Below the pieces are notes generated by a model. That model was not told where the DNA came from. It ran no database searches and saw nothing but the letters and a program-made list of their open reading frames with translations. A stretch of DNA of 60,490 nt, the filler included. It is 6 parts of 6 records of this genome, joined end to end, with 100 filler letters (N's around TTAATTAATTAA, not from the genome) between each part and the next. Parts side by side here need not be neighbours in the genome. Positions count along the whole stretch, not along the records: positions 35,163 to 45,257 come from SRR31147125_6304; positions 45,358 to 60,490 come from SRR31147125_6321; 4 more parts are not named here. One strand, 5' to 3'. Both the position numbers and the translations under genes were made by a program. This document shows positions 41,647 through 51,568 of this stretch, piece after piece (the stretch's first letter is position 1; each line of letters opens with the position of its first letter).

Positions 41647-42639
41647 TTATGCCGAAAAAACAATTCTTCTTAGTATTTCATGCGTGTTGTCGGGGTAATT
41701 GATGTGCAATGTTTGCTTACAATCCAGCCATTTCTGGATAATTTCAGTTTGTGCTTTTAATTCAGGCAAAACCGTGATTCCCATTTTTTTAAGGAAAGCT
41801 GCATTGCATGCTTGCTCATATTGCTTTTTCATTGGAATTACACAAAGCTTTTTCCCCATAAATATGGCTTCGGCTGGGGTTTCAAAGCTGGCAGTGCAAA
41901 GGATTCCGTTGCAGCTTGTAAATGATTTGGTGAATTTTTCGAGTGAAATAGGTTGAAAGTGAATGTTCTCGTGCGAGTGTGGAGTTTTACAATGTTTTGA
42001 AAATACTTCCCAGTTTACCTGATTCAGTGGTTTTAGGTTTGATAAAATTTCATCGTCACTATAGGCGGGAAGATACACTGCAAAATGTCCATTTGGTTTT
42101 GGTATTGCTTGGCGAATTGATGATCGGATAATTGGAGTAAAGTTCTGGTTATCTAATGATTGAAAATGAAACCCATAGTGAGTGCTGGAGGGGGCATAAT
42201 TTTTCAAAATGAATTTCCCCAATGGATCGATAGATTTGGGTTTTGGAGCTTGGCGATGAAGTACTGCATTTTGGTGACTAACTCCAATGCATTTCTTCTT
42301 TTTGAGTTTGCAGGCCCATGAAGAGACAGGTTCAAAATCCGAAATCACCAAATCATATTCGTTAGCAGGGAGCTTGTATATATCAAGTAGTAAGCGAAGT
42401 AATTTCATTTTCAAAAGGGTTTTCCCAATGCTTACTCCTCCTTTCTTCCCAAAAATGAAACTTAATCCGTAGAATTGATATTTAATAGAGAATGGCAATT
42501 TAATATCACCTTGAATTCCGCTAACTAATACATCAACATCTGCAAGTTCTTTTAACAAGGGAACAATCTCAATAGCTCTAGCAAGATGCCCGTTTCCAGT
42601 GCCTTGTATGGCATATAGTATTTTCAATGTTGTTTTCAA
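41647..42639 (-). CDS. GT-B glycosyltransferase (GT28/MJ1255-like)
   Basis: ILYAIQGTGNGH..RA, ISDFEP, FETPAEA, IPM..QYEQ.CNA; overlaps the upstream phosphoesterase stop. Confidence 0.85.
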   Translation of the reverse strand: MKTTLKILYAIQGTGNGHLARAIEIVPLLKELADVDVLVSGIQGDIKLPFSIKYQFYGLSFIFGKKGGVSIGKTLLKMKLLRLLLDIYKLPANEYDLVISDFEPVSSWACKLKKKKCIGVSHQNAVLHRQAPKPKSIDPLGKFILKNYAPSSTHYGFHFQSLDNQNFTPIIRSSIRQAIPKPNGHFAVYLPAYSDDEILSNLKPLNQVNWEVFSKHCKTPHSHENIHFQPISLEKFTKSFTSCNGILCTASFETPAEAIFMGKKLCVIPMKKQYEQACNAAFLKKMGITVLPELKAQTEIIQKWLDCKQTLHINYPDNTHEILRRIVFSA

Positions 42640-43475
42640 TTTGCTAAAGCTAATTCTTTAAAAAGGGATAAGTAAACTTCTTTCTTATTTGGGATTGGAG
42701 TTTCATCTTCAAGATTTGAATCATCTTCATTATTGTTGAAATATACCAAGTTCCATTTCCCGTTTTGATATTCGGCAGCAGTTAAATGTTCAACCCAATC
42801 TCCACAATTAATATAGTCAACCGATCCATGATCATTTTTAATTATTTTATGGGTAGGAATATGAGTATGGCCACAAATAGCAGTATGATATTTTTTTCGA
42901 ACTGCTGTAAATCCCAGAGCATTTTCAAATGCTGTAGTTTTTACGTTTTCTTTAATCAACTTTTTCTTAATGCTTTTGTAGATAATGATTTCACTCAGTC
43001 CTAATCTTTTCAGAAAGAAATTTACTGTCTTGTTAAAAACAGTAAGCAGCCCGTAAATTGAAGCCCCAAGTTTTGCCAGCCATTTGGCTTTATGAATAAT
43101 ATGATCGAATACATCACCATGAAAGATCCAGGTTTTCTTCCCATCCAAATCTAAAATCAATTGATTCACAATTTTAAGATTGCCCATCTCACTTTGATTT
43201 AACTTTCTCAGAAATTCATCGTGATTGCCGGTAATGTAAAAAATATCAATTCCTTTTTCAAGCATCTTAATTAAATGGCGAATAACTTTTAGATGTGATT
43301 TTGGGAAATAATTACGACTAAACCTCCAAGAGTCAATGACATCTCCGTTGAGGACAAGAATTTTTGGACTAATTGATTTTAGATATTTAAGTAATTGTTT
43401 TGCTTTACATGCATGTGTAGCCAGATGAGTGTCTGAAATAACAGAGATATGCAATTCCCTAGTTTTGTTATTCAT
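42636..43475 (-). CDS. Calcineurin-like metallophosphoesterase (PlcP / LpxH-like)
   Basis: ISDTHL, GDVIDSW, GNHDE, HGDVFD, CGHTH, NCGDWVE. Confidence 0.88.
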   Translation of the reverse strand: MNNKTRELHISVISDTHLATHACKAKQLLKYLKSISPKILVLNGDVIDSWRFSRNYFPKSHLKVIRHLIKMLEKGIDIFYITGNHDEFLRKLNQSEMGNLKIVNQLILDLDGKKTWIFHGDVFDHIIHKAKWLAKLGASIYGLLTVFNKTVNFFLKRLGLSEIIIYKSIKKKLIKENVKTTAFENALGFTAVRKKYHTAICGHTHIPTHKIIKNDHGSVDYINCGDWVEHLTAAEYQNGKWNLVYFNNNEDDSNLEDETPIPNKKEVYLSLFKELALAN

Positions 43476-43515
43476 GTTCGCACAAGTTTTAGTACTGCGA
43501 AAATCAGCATCGTAT

Positions 43516-43542
43516 GTTAATTGCCAGTTAAGTGAAGATGAA
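43516..43542 (-). promoter_or_regulatory. Three 11-bp-phased direct repeats (Pho-box-like) upstream of the phosphoesterase
   Basis: Minus strand TTCAT-N6-TTAAC-N6-TTAAC, about 40 nt upstream of the ATG at 43475. Confidence 0.4.
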
Positions 43543-43995
43543 CTTTAAACGACATGCCTGATATTTGTTCAGATCGTTTTGTTGATGACTTCCAAAAAAC
43601 GATGAGACAAGTAGTTCGAGCTACTCATCCCGGCTACAACAATTTTGACTTGACCCAACTTTTTTATAAATATCCGGGGGTTCCATTCGCACAACATACA
43701 ACAATAGCATTCTGTATTTTAAACAGCAAACAAGTTAAATTAGCATCTATACTTTTCTTTTAGCTTTCAAGGTGAACTCCACAGGCGGGGCAATTAGCAC
43801 AAATAATCACAATCATAGCTAATAAATTTTTTATTAACTGAAAGTGAAGTTTTAGGAGGAGTAATTTGGAACTAATCCAGATTGGTATCGGTACCCATTT
43901 CTGTAAGTGGTGGAATTGTTCTGTGGGATATTATTTCGAAAATGAAATTTTAGCACCTGCTAATTTCAAACGTCATATCAAACTACTACATACAC

Positions 43996-44025
43996 AAAAA
44001 GGTAAAGAACTGAATCTTTACCTTT
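43996..44025 (-). terminator. Terminator after rpmH
   Basis: AAAGGTAAAGA-ACTGAA-TCTTTACCTTT with an A5 run. Confidence 0.75.
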
Positions 44026-44054
44026 CTATGATTGAAAATGTTCAATATAATTTC

Positions 44055-44213
44055 TTAACGCTTGTGTCTCGGTTCGTCAGAAACAGTCAATTTCTTTCTG
44101 CCTTTTGCGCGACGACTCTTCAAAACTTTGCGTCCGCTTACAGAAGCCATTCTCTCGCGAAAACCATGTTTGTTCTTGCGCTTCCTGTTTGATGGTTGAA
44201 ATGTCCTTTTCAT
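44055..44213 (-). CDS. rpmH: 50S ribosomal protein L34 (52 aa; absent from the ORF track)
   Basis: Translates [52 protein letters not shown]. Confidence 0.98.
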   Translation of the reverse strand: MKRTFQPSNRKRKNKHGFRERMASVSGRKVLKSRRAKGRKKLTVSDEPRHKR

Positions 44214-44259
44214 TGGTAATTATTTTTATTTGAAAATGTACTCCGCTTAATTCGGACTG

Positions 44260-44290
44260 CAAAAATAAATCTTTTTTTATTCCTTCCAAA
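44260..44290 (-). promoter_or_regulatory. Bacteroidota primary-sigma promoter for rpmH
   Basis: -33 TTTG (44290-44287), 19-nt spacer, -7 TATTTTTG (TAnnTTTG; 44267-44260). Confidence 0.7.
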
Positions 44291-44300
44291 ATATTAAAGT

Positions 44301-44935
44301 CTATTTTCCAGTATTTTTCAATTTTAAATGAATTAGTTTCTTCGTTTCAAAAAGTCCTCGTCAAAAGACTCACTAAAATCATATACAAAGCACTGATTTT
44401 CAAACTGCTCAATCTCTCCTCCAAAATCACCACCCTTTAAATAAAGAATGCCATTTGCTAAATCATTTTTTTGTTTTTTGCTAATTTTCTTCCGAACCAG
44501 TGAAACAAATTTGGGAAATGCAGTAACTGCCCGGCTCACAATAAAGTCAAATTGACCATTTACTTTCTCAGCCCGTTGTTGTTCAGCGGTAACATTTGTA
44601 AGCTGCAAACTATCCTTAACTCCATTCACAACACTAATTTTCTTAGCAATCGAATCAACCAAAAAAAAATTGGCATCTGGAAACATAATTGCAAGAGGAA
44701 TTCCTGGGAATCCTCCTCCGGTTCCAACATCCATGATTGAAGTACCTGGTTTAAAATGAATTATCTTTGCAATTCCTAGCGAATGTAAAATATGCCTTTC
44801 ATATAAATGGTCAATATCTTTTCTCGAAATTACATTAATTTTGTCATTCCACTCTTCGTACAAATCTCCAAGTGCAGCGAATTGCTCCAGTTGTTTAATT
44901 GTTAAATCCGGAAAGTATTTTTTGATAATATCCAT
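44301..44935 (-). CDS. rsmG: 16S rRNA m7G527 methyltransferase; 3' end frameshifted in an A5 run near 44349-44353
   Basis: WNDKINVISRKD, HILHSL, DVGTGGGFPGIPLAI, DSIAKK, SRAV, LKGG. One extra T restores FFETKKLIHL...*. Confidence 0.93.
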
Positions 44936-44939
44936 AAAG

Positions 44940-45257
44940 CTATTCTTCCTGATCGTCCATTTCGGTCGACTCAATCATTTTGAACAGCATTTCACGTGCC
45001 CTGAACAATTGAGCCTTTACTGTTCCAAGGGGCAAATTTAGTTCTTTTGCAATTTCTTCGTATGAAAATTCTCGGAAATATCTTAATTCAACAAGAGTTC
45101 GATAACGGGGCTTTAACCTACGGACAATCCTTCGAAGCAAAATTGCCTTCTGTATACGAATCATCTTTTCTTCCGGATCTGGCTCTCCTGACTTTAAACG
45201 TACTGGCTGCTCATTGTCATTTCCTTCTTGATTATTGTCAATGGGAACATGTACCCC
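44940..45257 (-). CDS. ECF-type sigma-70 factor, region 4 only (5'-partial)
   Basis: DPEE...LKPRYR..VELRYF..FSYEEIA..L.LPLGTVKAQLFRAR. Confidence 0.9.
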   Translation of the reverse strand, partial: GVHVPIDNNQEGNDNEQPVRLKSGEPDPEEKMIRIQKAILLRRIVRRLKPRYRTLVELRYFREFSYEEIAKELNLPLGTVKAQLFRAREMLFKMIESTEMDDQEE

Positions 45258-45357
45258 NNNNNNNNNNNNNNNNNNNNNNNNNNNNNNNNNNNNNNNNNNN
45301 NTTAATTAATTAANNNNNNNNNNNNNNNNNNNNNNNNNNNNNNNNNNNNNNNNNNNN
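45258..45357. other. Artificial contig linker
   Basis: N44-TTAATTAATTAA-N44. Confidence 0.99.
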
Positions 45358-45534
45358 AAAAGTCTCACAAACGAGACTTTGAGATCAAGGACGTGCATAT
45401 CCTTGAAAAAGAAAATAAAAAAAATATCTTCTATACTCAAGGACTATAAACGTCAAGCATCGAAGATAATAATATCTAAGTATACTCAAGGACTATTATA
45501 GCCTATCTTGGAAATCAAAGCTGTTTTGCTTTGT
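45358..45534 (-). ncRNA. Candidate ~175-nt small RNA or attenuator leader with repeated GUCCUUGA motifs
   Basis: Promoter TTGCAA-17-TATCAT with extended TG (45569-45541). Several hairpins, two 16-nt direct repeats, and a terminal hairpin AAAGTCTC/GAGACTTT with a T run at the contig edge. No credible ORF. Confidence 0.5.
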
Positions 45535-45698
45535 GAATAAATGATAACATGCATATTTTTATATTGCAAATAAAAATTTTATGAAAACGTATTACAAAGT
45601 CAGATATCATATATGATATAATATCTAAATTATTTTTATTATTTTAAAGAACATGTTATGATAGATACATAAATATAAACATAAATTGGAGGATATAC

Positions 45699-46574
45699 AT
45701 GGATAAATCATATGTGATTGCTACAGATTCATGTAGTGATTTAACACAAGAGCAAGTTGAAAGTATGGATATTAAAATTGTACCTTTATCACTTGAACTA
45801 AAAGGCGAAGTTTATTTTCATTATCCAGACGAGAGACATTTAAAAATAAAAACATTTTATGAAGCTTTAAGAGAAAAAGAAGTTGCAACGACTTCACTGA
45901 TTAATGTTGGCGCATTTATTGAGTTTTTCGAACCGTTTTTAAAAGCTGGTAAAGATATTTTATATATAGGATTTTCTTCAGCTTTATCGGGTACAGTTCA
46001 ATCTTCTAAAATTGCGGCAGAAACCTTATTAGATGATTATCCAGACAGAAAAATAGAAATTGTTGACTCCTTATCTGCTTCAATGGGACAAGGATTACTT
46101 GTTTATTATGCATTTATGCAATCTGAGCAAGGTCTTCCACTTAAAAAACTTGCAAAATGGGTAGAAGAACACAAACTCCAATTATGTCATTTGTTTACTG
46201 TTGATGATCTAGGTACCTTAAAACGTGGCGGTAGATTATCAGGGACTCAAGCACTCCTTGGGTCATTATTAAAAGTTAAACCAGTGCTACATGTATCTGA
46301 TGATGGTAAGCTTATTCCAATCAAAAAAGCGAGGGGTAGAAAAACATCATTACAAACATTAGTAGAACTAATGAAAGAACGTATAGAAAAACCAGAAACA
46401 CAAACCATTTTCATCTCACATGGAGATGATTTAGATGATGCAAAATACACTGCAGAACTTATTCAAAAAGAGATAGGTGTTAAAGAAATTGTCTTTGGAT
46501 TTATTGGTCCCGTTATAGGTGCTCACTCAGGACCAGGGACAATCGCAGTATTCTTTATGGGAAATCTACGATAA
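45699..46574 (+). CDS. DegV/FakB fatty-acid-binding protein
   Basis: IATDSCSDL, TTS, FSSALSGT, VDSLSASMGQG, L..LKRGGRLS, VIGAHSGPG. Confidence 0.94.
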   Translation: MDKSYVIATDSCSDLTQEQVESMDIKIVPLSLELKGEVYFHYPDERHLKIKTFYEALREKEVATTSLINVGAFIEFFEPFLKAGKDILYIGFSSALSGTVQSSKIAAETLLDDYPDRKIEIVDSLSASMGQGLLVYYAFMQSEQGLPLKKLAKWVEEHKLQLCHLFTVDDLGTLKRGGRLSGTQALLGSLLKVKPVLHVSDDGKLIPIKKARGRKTSLQTLVELMKERIEKPETQTIFISHGDDLDDAKYTAELIQKEIGVKEIVFGFIGPVIGAHSGPGTIAVFFMGNLR

Positions 46575-46587
46575 TTGCATACAAATT

Positions 46588-46630
46588 AAGCCTAAACTTG
46601 AATGTAAATGTTTTCAAGACTAGGCTTTTT
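46588..46630 (+). terminator. Terminator after degV
   Basis: AAGCCTA..CTTGAA...TTCAAG..TAGGCTTTTT. Confidence 0.7.
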
Positions 46631-46695
46631 CTATGAAAATATGCTGAAAATGGTATAATGAATATGGAAAAATAAGGAATAGGAGTTTTAATAAT

Positions 46696-48117
46696 ATGAT
46701 TAGAAAAACAAAAATCGTTTGTACCGTTGGTCCAGCAATTGATAACGAAGTTATGATTGCTAAAATGATTGATGCTGGTATGAATGTCACAAGATTAAAC
46801 TTTTCTCATGCGAACCATGAAGAACATGGCGATAGAATCAAAATGATTCGTAAGGTAGCAAAAGAAAAAGGTAAATTTATTGGTGTTTTAGCGGACACTA
46901 AAGGCCCTGAAATTAGATGTGGACTTTTTGAAAATGGTTCAGCAACTTTTGCTCAAGGTGATGTAGTAGAAATTCACAGAGAAAACATCTTAGGGAATAA
47001 AGAAAGATTCCATGTGGATTGCGATGAGTTATATGATGATATTTCTGTTGGTGAATTCCTTTTAATCGATGATGGAAAAATCAAATTAACTGTATTAGAA
47101 GTTAAAGATGGCGTATTAAAATGTGAAATAAACAACCCTGGCGTTATTAAAAACCGTAAAGGTGTTAACGTTCCAAATGTAAAATTATCAATGCCTTTCG
47201 TATCTAAAAAAGATCATGATGATATCGTATTTGTTGCAAAACAAGACGTAGATATGATTGCTCTATCTTTTGTAAGACGTATGGAAGATGTATTAGAAGT
47301 TAGAGAAATATTGAAAAAAGCTGGTAATCCTTATATCGAATTAATAGCTAAAATTGAAAATCAAGAAGGTGTTGACAATCTTCAATCAATTTTAGAAGTT
47401 GCTGATGGTGTAATGGTTGCACGTGGAGACTTAGGTGTTGAAGTATCAACTCAATTTGTTCCACTTTACCAAAAACGTATTATTAAATTAGCAAATGAAA
47501 TGGGTAAACCAGTTATTACTGCGACACATATGCTTGAATCAATGCAACAATCACCAAGACCAACAAGAGCAGAAGCATCAGATGTTGCAAATGCTATTTT
47601 AGATGGTTCAGATGGTATTATGTTATCAGGTGAATCAGCAGCTGGAAATTATCCAATTGAAGCAGTTCAAGTCATGGATACAATTGCTAAAGCTATTGAA
47701 AATAGTATTCCTTATGAAGCAATTTTACAACGTTCAATTAAAACACAACAACATACAGTAAATGATGCTATAGGTATTGCTGTAAGTCAAACTGCACTTG
47801 CATTAGATAATGTGGTTGCAATTGTTGCATTTACTGAAACAGGTGGGACTGCAAGACGTATTTGTAAATTTAGACCTTCAGTACCTATTTATGCGGTATC
47901 TGATCACTTTGATACATGTCATCACTTAGCATATTACTGGGGTGTTACTACAGTATATGGTGAAGATGTCAAAGATATTACTAAATATGATGTACGTGCT
48001 ATTGATGTTGCAAAAGCACAAGGACATAAACCAGGAGAACAAATTATCATTACTTCAGGTTGGGCACAACAACATGGTTCAACAAATTCAATGAGAATTA
48101 TTACAATTCCTGAATAA
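46696..48117 (+). CDS. pyk: Pyruvate kinase
   Basis: RKTKIVCTVGPA, RLNFSH, DTKGPEIR, IAKIEN, MVARGDLGVE, PTRAEASDVANA, MLSGESA.G.YP. Confidence 0.98.
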   Translation: MIRKTKIVCTVGPAIDNEVMIAKMIDAGMNVTRLNFSHANHEEHGDRIKMIRKVAKEKGKFIGVLADTKGPEIRCGLFENGSATFAQGDVVEIHRENILGNKERFHVDCDELYDDISVGEFLLIDDGKIKLTVLEVKDGVLKCEINNPGVIKNRKGVNVPNVKLSMPFVSKKDHDDIVFVAKQDVDMIALSFVRRMEDVLEVREILKKAGNPYIELIAKIENQEGVDNLQSILEVADGVMVARGDLGVEVSTQFVPLYQKRIIKLANEMGKPVITATHMLESMQQSPRPTRAEASDVANAILDGSDGIMLSGESAAGNYPIEAVQVMDTIAKAIENSIPYEAILQRSIKTQQHTVNDAIGIAVSQTALALDNVVAIVAFTETGGTARRICKFRPSVPIYAVSDHFDTCHHLAYYWGVTTVYGEDVKDITKYDVRAIDVAKAQGHKPGEQIIITSGWAQQHGSTNSMRIITIPE

Positions 48118-48130
48118 AAACGATACATTT

Positions 48131-48170
48131 AAGATGTTTAAAGATGATTAATCTTTAAACATCTTTTTTT
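48131..48170 (+). terminator. Terminator after pyk
   Basis: AAGATGTTTAAAGAT...ATCTTTAAACATCTT followed by a T run. Confidence 0.85.
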
Positions 48171-48211
48171 ATGTTATGATATGAGAGAGATTTATAGAAA
48201 GAGGTTATATC

Positions 48212-49447
48212 ATGCCAAATCAAGAAAAGATCGTTAAATTAGCAAAACTAGCTGTTAAAGTAGGCGCTAATGTTAACAAAGGACAAATTGTAGTTGTAAG
48301 AACTTCAACTGATGCAGTTGAGATTACAAGAGAAGTTGTTAAACAAGCATATTTAGCAGGCGCTAAAAGAGTGTTTGTTGAATGGGGAGATGAATACATC
48401 TCTAGAGAGTTTTTGTTAAATGCTGATGATGAAACGCTAACAGAAATTCCATCACATATGATTGAAAAATATCGTTACTATGTTGAACAAGGGGCATGCT
48501 TTATATCTATATCATCACCAATGCCTGGTGTGAAAAAAGATGTTGATCCTGCACGTTCACAAAAGAACATGATTGCATCAAGCAAAGCTGTACATTTTTG
48601 GAGAGAACATATGATGGGAAATAAAGCACAATGGACCATTATTGCTGCACCTAATAAAATGTGGGCAAAACAAGTCTTTCCTGACGCATCAGAAGAAGAT
48701 GCTGTTGAAAAACTTTGGGAAGCTATTTTTGATGCAAGCCGTGTTTTTGCAGACAATGACCCAATTGAAGAATGGGCAAAACATAATGAAACGTTATTAA
48801 AACATAATAAAGTATTAAATGATTATAATTTTGATCATTTATTATTCAAAAACAGTATAGGTACTGATTTAAAAGTTCAATTAGTAGAAGAACATATTTG
48901 GGCAGGTGGTGGTGAAAATGCTGCAAATGGCACTTACTTCAATCCAAACATCCCAACAGAAGAAACTTTTACTATGCCATATAAATTTGGAACACAAGGA
49001 AAAGTTGTATCAACAAAACCACTTAATTATCAAGGTAAACTTATAGAGAACTTCTGGTTGGAGTTCAAAGATGGTAAAGTTGTTGATTTTGGTGCAGAAA
49101 AAGAAGAAGCAACACTAAAAAGTTTATTAGATACAGATGAAGGTTCTAGATATATTGGTGAAATTGCACTTATTTCACACGATTCACCAATCTCTAATAC
49201 AAACATCTTATTTTTAAATACATTATTTGATGAAAATGCATCTTGCCATATGGCACTAGGTAGAGCATATCCAATGAATATAAAGGGTGGTATTGGTGCG
49301 CCAATAGCTGAACTTGAAAAACGTGGATATAATAATTCATTTAATCATGTAGATTTTATGTTTGGTAATGAAGATATGGAAATTACAGGTGTGACTAAAG
49401 ATGGAAAATCTGTGAAAGTCTTTGAAAAAGGTAATTTTGTCATTTAA
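48212..49447 (+). CDS. pepS: M29 aminopeptidase (PepS/AmpS)
   Basis: NPNIPTEETFT.P, GEIALI, NTLFDENASCHMALG.AY, HVDFM.G. Confidence 0.92.
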   Translation: MPNQEKIVKLAKLAVKVGANVNKGQIVVVRTSTDAVEITREVVKQAYLAGAKRVFVEWGDEYISREFLLNADDETLTEIPSHMIEKYRYYVEQGACFISISSPMPGVKKDVDPARSQKNMIASSKAVHFWREHMMGNKAQWTIIAAPNKMWAKQVFPDASEEDAVEKLWEAIFDASRVFADNDPIEEWAKHNETLLKHNKVLNDYNFDHLLFKNSIGTDLKVQLVEEHIWAGGGENAANGTYFNPNIPTEETFTMPYKFGTQGKVVSTKPLNYQGKLIENFWLEFKDGKVVDFGAEKEEATLKSLLDTDEGSRYIGEIALISHDSPISNTNILFLNTLFDENASCHMALGRAYPMNIKGGIGAPIAELEKRGYNNSFNHVDFMFGNEDMEITGVTKDGKSVKVFEKGNFVI

Positions 49448-49458
49448 ATAAGAAAAAT

Positions 49459-49489
49459 GGGATGTTTCTGTGTGAAACATCCTTTTTTT
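49459..49489 (+). terminator. Terminator after pepS
   Basis: GGATGTTTC-TGTGT-GAAACATCC-T7. Confidence 0.85.
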
Positions 49490-49544
49490 ATAGACTAAAG
49501 TGCTACATTATATTATAATGTAGGGTATATGAAGGGGTGTTTAG

Positions 49545-51509
49545 ATGGAAAGAATTGAATTAGACTTATTCACAAAATTTAAATTTATTTCACAAATGAA
49601 GTCGAATCCATCTCAATCAGTGGTTGCTTTTTTAAGTGCGAAAGCTGATGTAGAAAAAAATAAGTATGTTTATGAGATGTATAAAATTGAAAACTATAAA
49701 ATGTCAAAAGTTTTCAATTTGAAGACGCATGGGCAATTTATTTGGGAAGACGACAATACGGTTTTATTTCCATATGAGAAGAATAAAACTGAAGAGAAAT
49801 TAACAAAAGACTTTTATACGATATATTATAGATATAGTATGGATCAAAAGAAATTAGAAAAAGCTTATGTTTTTCCTGTACCAGTTAATATTATTAAAGT
49901 TTTAGAAGGAAAGTTATTGCTTCAAACAAACATGTCAAAAGACGATGACATTTTATTGAGTTGCGATGATGACGAGAGGCAGACTTATTTAAAACAAAGA
50001 AAGCAAGATCGTTTATATGAAGATATCGAAGAAACACCATTTTATTTTAATGGCCAAGGCTTTGTTCATCGTAGACGACAAAAATTGTTTTTATACCATA
50101 TTAATGAACAGCATTTAGAAGCGATTACTGCTGATGATATTAAAGTAGGACATGTCATCACTTCGCCAGATGAAAGATATATCTATTATTTATCACAACC
50201 AGATGGTGGCAAACGTGTACTTTTTAATCATTTGTATCAATATGATTTAAAGAAAAAGAAAACGACACCATTGTATATTAAAGATGATTATAATATTACA
50301 TTTATTCAATTTTTAGGTAAAAAAATTATTTGTGCAGCCAATGATTTTCAATCATATGGTTTAAATCAAAATGATGATTTTTATGTATATGACAATCAAT
50401 CTTTAAAACCCTTTGCATCATATGGATTATCTATTGGAAATACAACAGGATCCGATGTTCGATTAGGTGGGCAACAACAAATTGTTGTTCATGATGAAAA
50501 ATTATATTTCATTTCTACTGTTGACGATCACACAGAATTAATGTCATTAAATTTAAAAGGTGAGATAAAGAGTGAATATAGTGCTTATGGCTCACTAGAA
50601 GGATTAACTGTTGTTGAAGATAAGGTATATTTTGTCGCATGTTTAAAACAAAGACTTCAAGAAATATATGCATTTAATCATGGTAGAGAACAACAACTTA
50701 CTCGATTAAATTATCGTAGAATTAAAGATTATTATGTAGCAAAACCTAAGAAGTTTGTGTTAAAACAAGATACACATGAAGTGACAGGTTTTGCACTATA
50801 TCCATTTGAATTTGATAAAGATAAAAAATATCCAATGATATTAGATATCCATGGTGGACCTAAGACTGTATATTCAACAAATTACTATCATGAAATGCAG
50901 TATTGGGCTAACTTAGGTTACGTAGTCATTTACTGTAATCCAAGAGGGTCAGATGGTAAAGGTGATGCGTTTGCAGATATTAGAGGAAAATATGGAACCA
51001 TTGATTATGATGATATAATGAATTTTACAGATTATGTTATTAAAAAAATCCCTCAAATTAATGAACAAAGATTATATGTCACAGGTGGTTCATATGGTGG
51101 GTTTATGACCAATTGGATTGTTGGGCACACAAATCGTTTTAGAGCTGCTGTTACACAAAGATCTATTTCTAATTGGATGTCATTTTTTGGTACATCAGAT
51201 ATAGGAATTCCTTTTGCTACTGATCAAACAGCTGCTAATCCAATTGACAACCCTGATAAGATGTGGCAACAATCTCCGATTAAATATGTGAATCAAGTCA
51301 AAACACCAACACTTTTAATTCACTCAGATGAAGATTATAGATGTCCTATAGAACAAGCGATGCAGTTTTACAGTGCACTTAAATATAATAATGTAGAAAC
51401 AAAACTCATATGGTTTAAAGGAGAAACACATGAATTATCTAGAGGTGGTAAACCTCAAGCAAGAATTAAGCGATTAAAAGATATAACAAATTGGTTTGAA
51501 ACGCATTGA
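49545..51509 (+). CDS. S9 family acylaminoacyl/prolyl oligopeptidase
   Basis: IHGGP, NPRGS, nucleophile GGSYGG, D.RCP, GETHELSR. Confidence 0.93.
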   Translation: MERIELDLFTKFKFISQMKSNPSQSVVAFLSAKADVEKNKYVYEMYKIENYKMSKVFNLKTHGQFIWEDDNTVLFPYEKNKTEEKLTKDFYTIYYRYSMDQKKLEKAYVFPVPVNIIKVLEGKLLLQTNMSKDDDILLSCDDDERQTYLKQRKQDRLYEDIEETPFYFNGQGFVHRRRQKLFLYHINEQHLEAITADDIKVGHVITSPDERYIYYLSQPDGGKRVLFNHLYQYDLKKKKTTPLYIKDDYNITFIQFLGKKIICAANDFQSYGLNQNDDFYVYDNQSLKPFASYGLSIGNTTGSDVRLGGQQQIVVHDEKLYFISTVDDHTELMSLNLKGEIKSEYSAYGSLEGLTVVEDKVYFVACLKQRLQEIYAFNHGREQQLTRLNYRRIKDYYVAKPKKFVLKQDTHEVTGFALYPFEFDKDKKYPMILDIHGGPKTVYSTNYYHEMQYWANLGYVVIYCNPRGSDGKGDAFADIRGKYGTIDYDDIMNFTDYVIKKIPQINEQRLYVTGGSYGGFMTNWIVGHTNRFRAAVTQRSISNWMSFFGTSDIGIPFATDQTAANPIDNPDKMWQQSPIKYVNQVKTPTLLIHSDEDYRCPIEQAMQFYSALKYNNVETKLIWFKGETHELSRGGKPQARIKRLKDITNWFETH

Positions 51510-51568
51510 TTATATCAATGAGAAAATATATAATATAGTTAACGGAAACTAAAAAGGGGGTTAACTAC

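Noticed and set aside
44077-44289. 70-aa minus-strand ORF, and 43866..44192 on the plus strand
   Set aside because: Out-of-frame and antisense shadows of rpmH (44055-44213).
45423-45498. Two ~25-nt direct repeats as a mini-CRISPR array
   Set aside because: Only two imperfect copies with a 16-nt identical core, unit length about 49 nt, and no cas genes on the contig; better explained as RNA loop motifs.
46603-46616. cre-like site TGTAAATGTTTTCA upstream of pyk
   Set aside because: Mismatch in the central CG, AT-rich background, and it lies within a terminator hairpin; not supportable alone.
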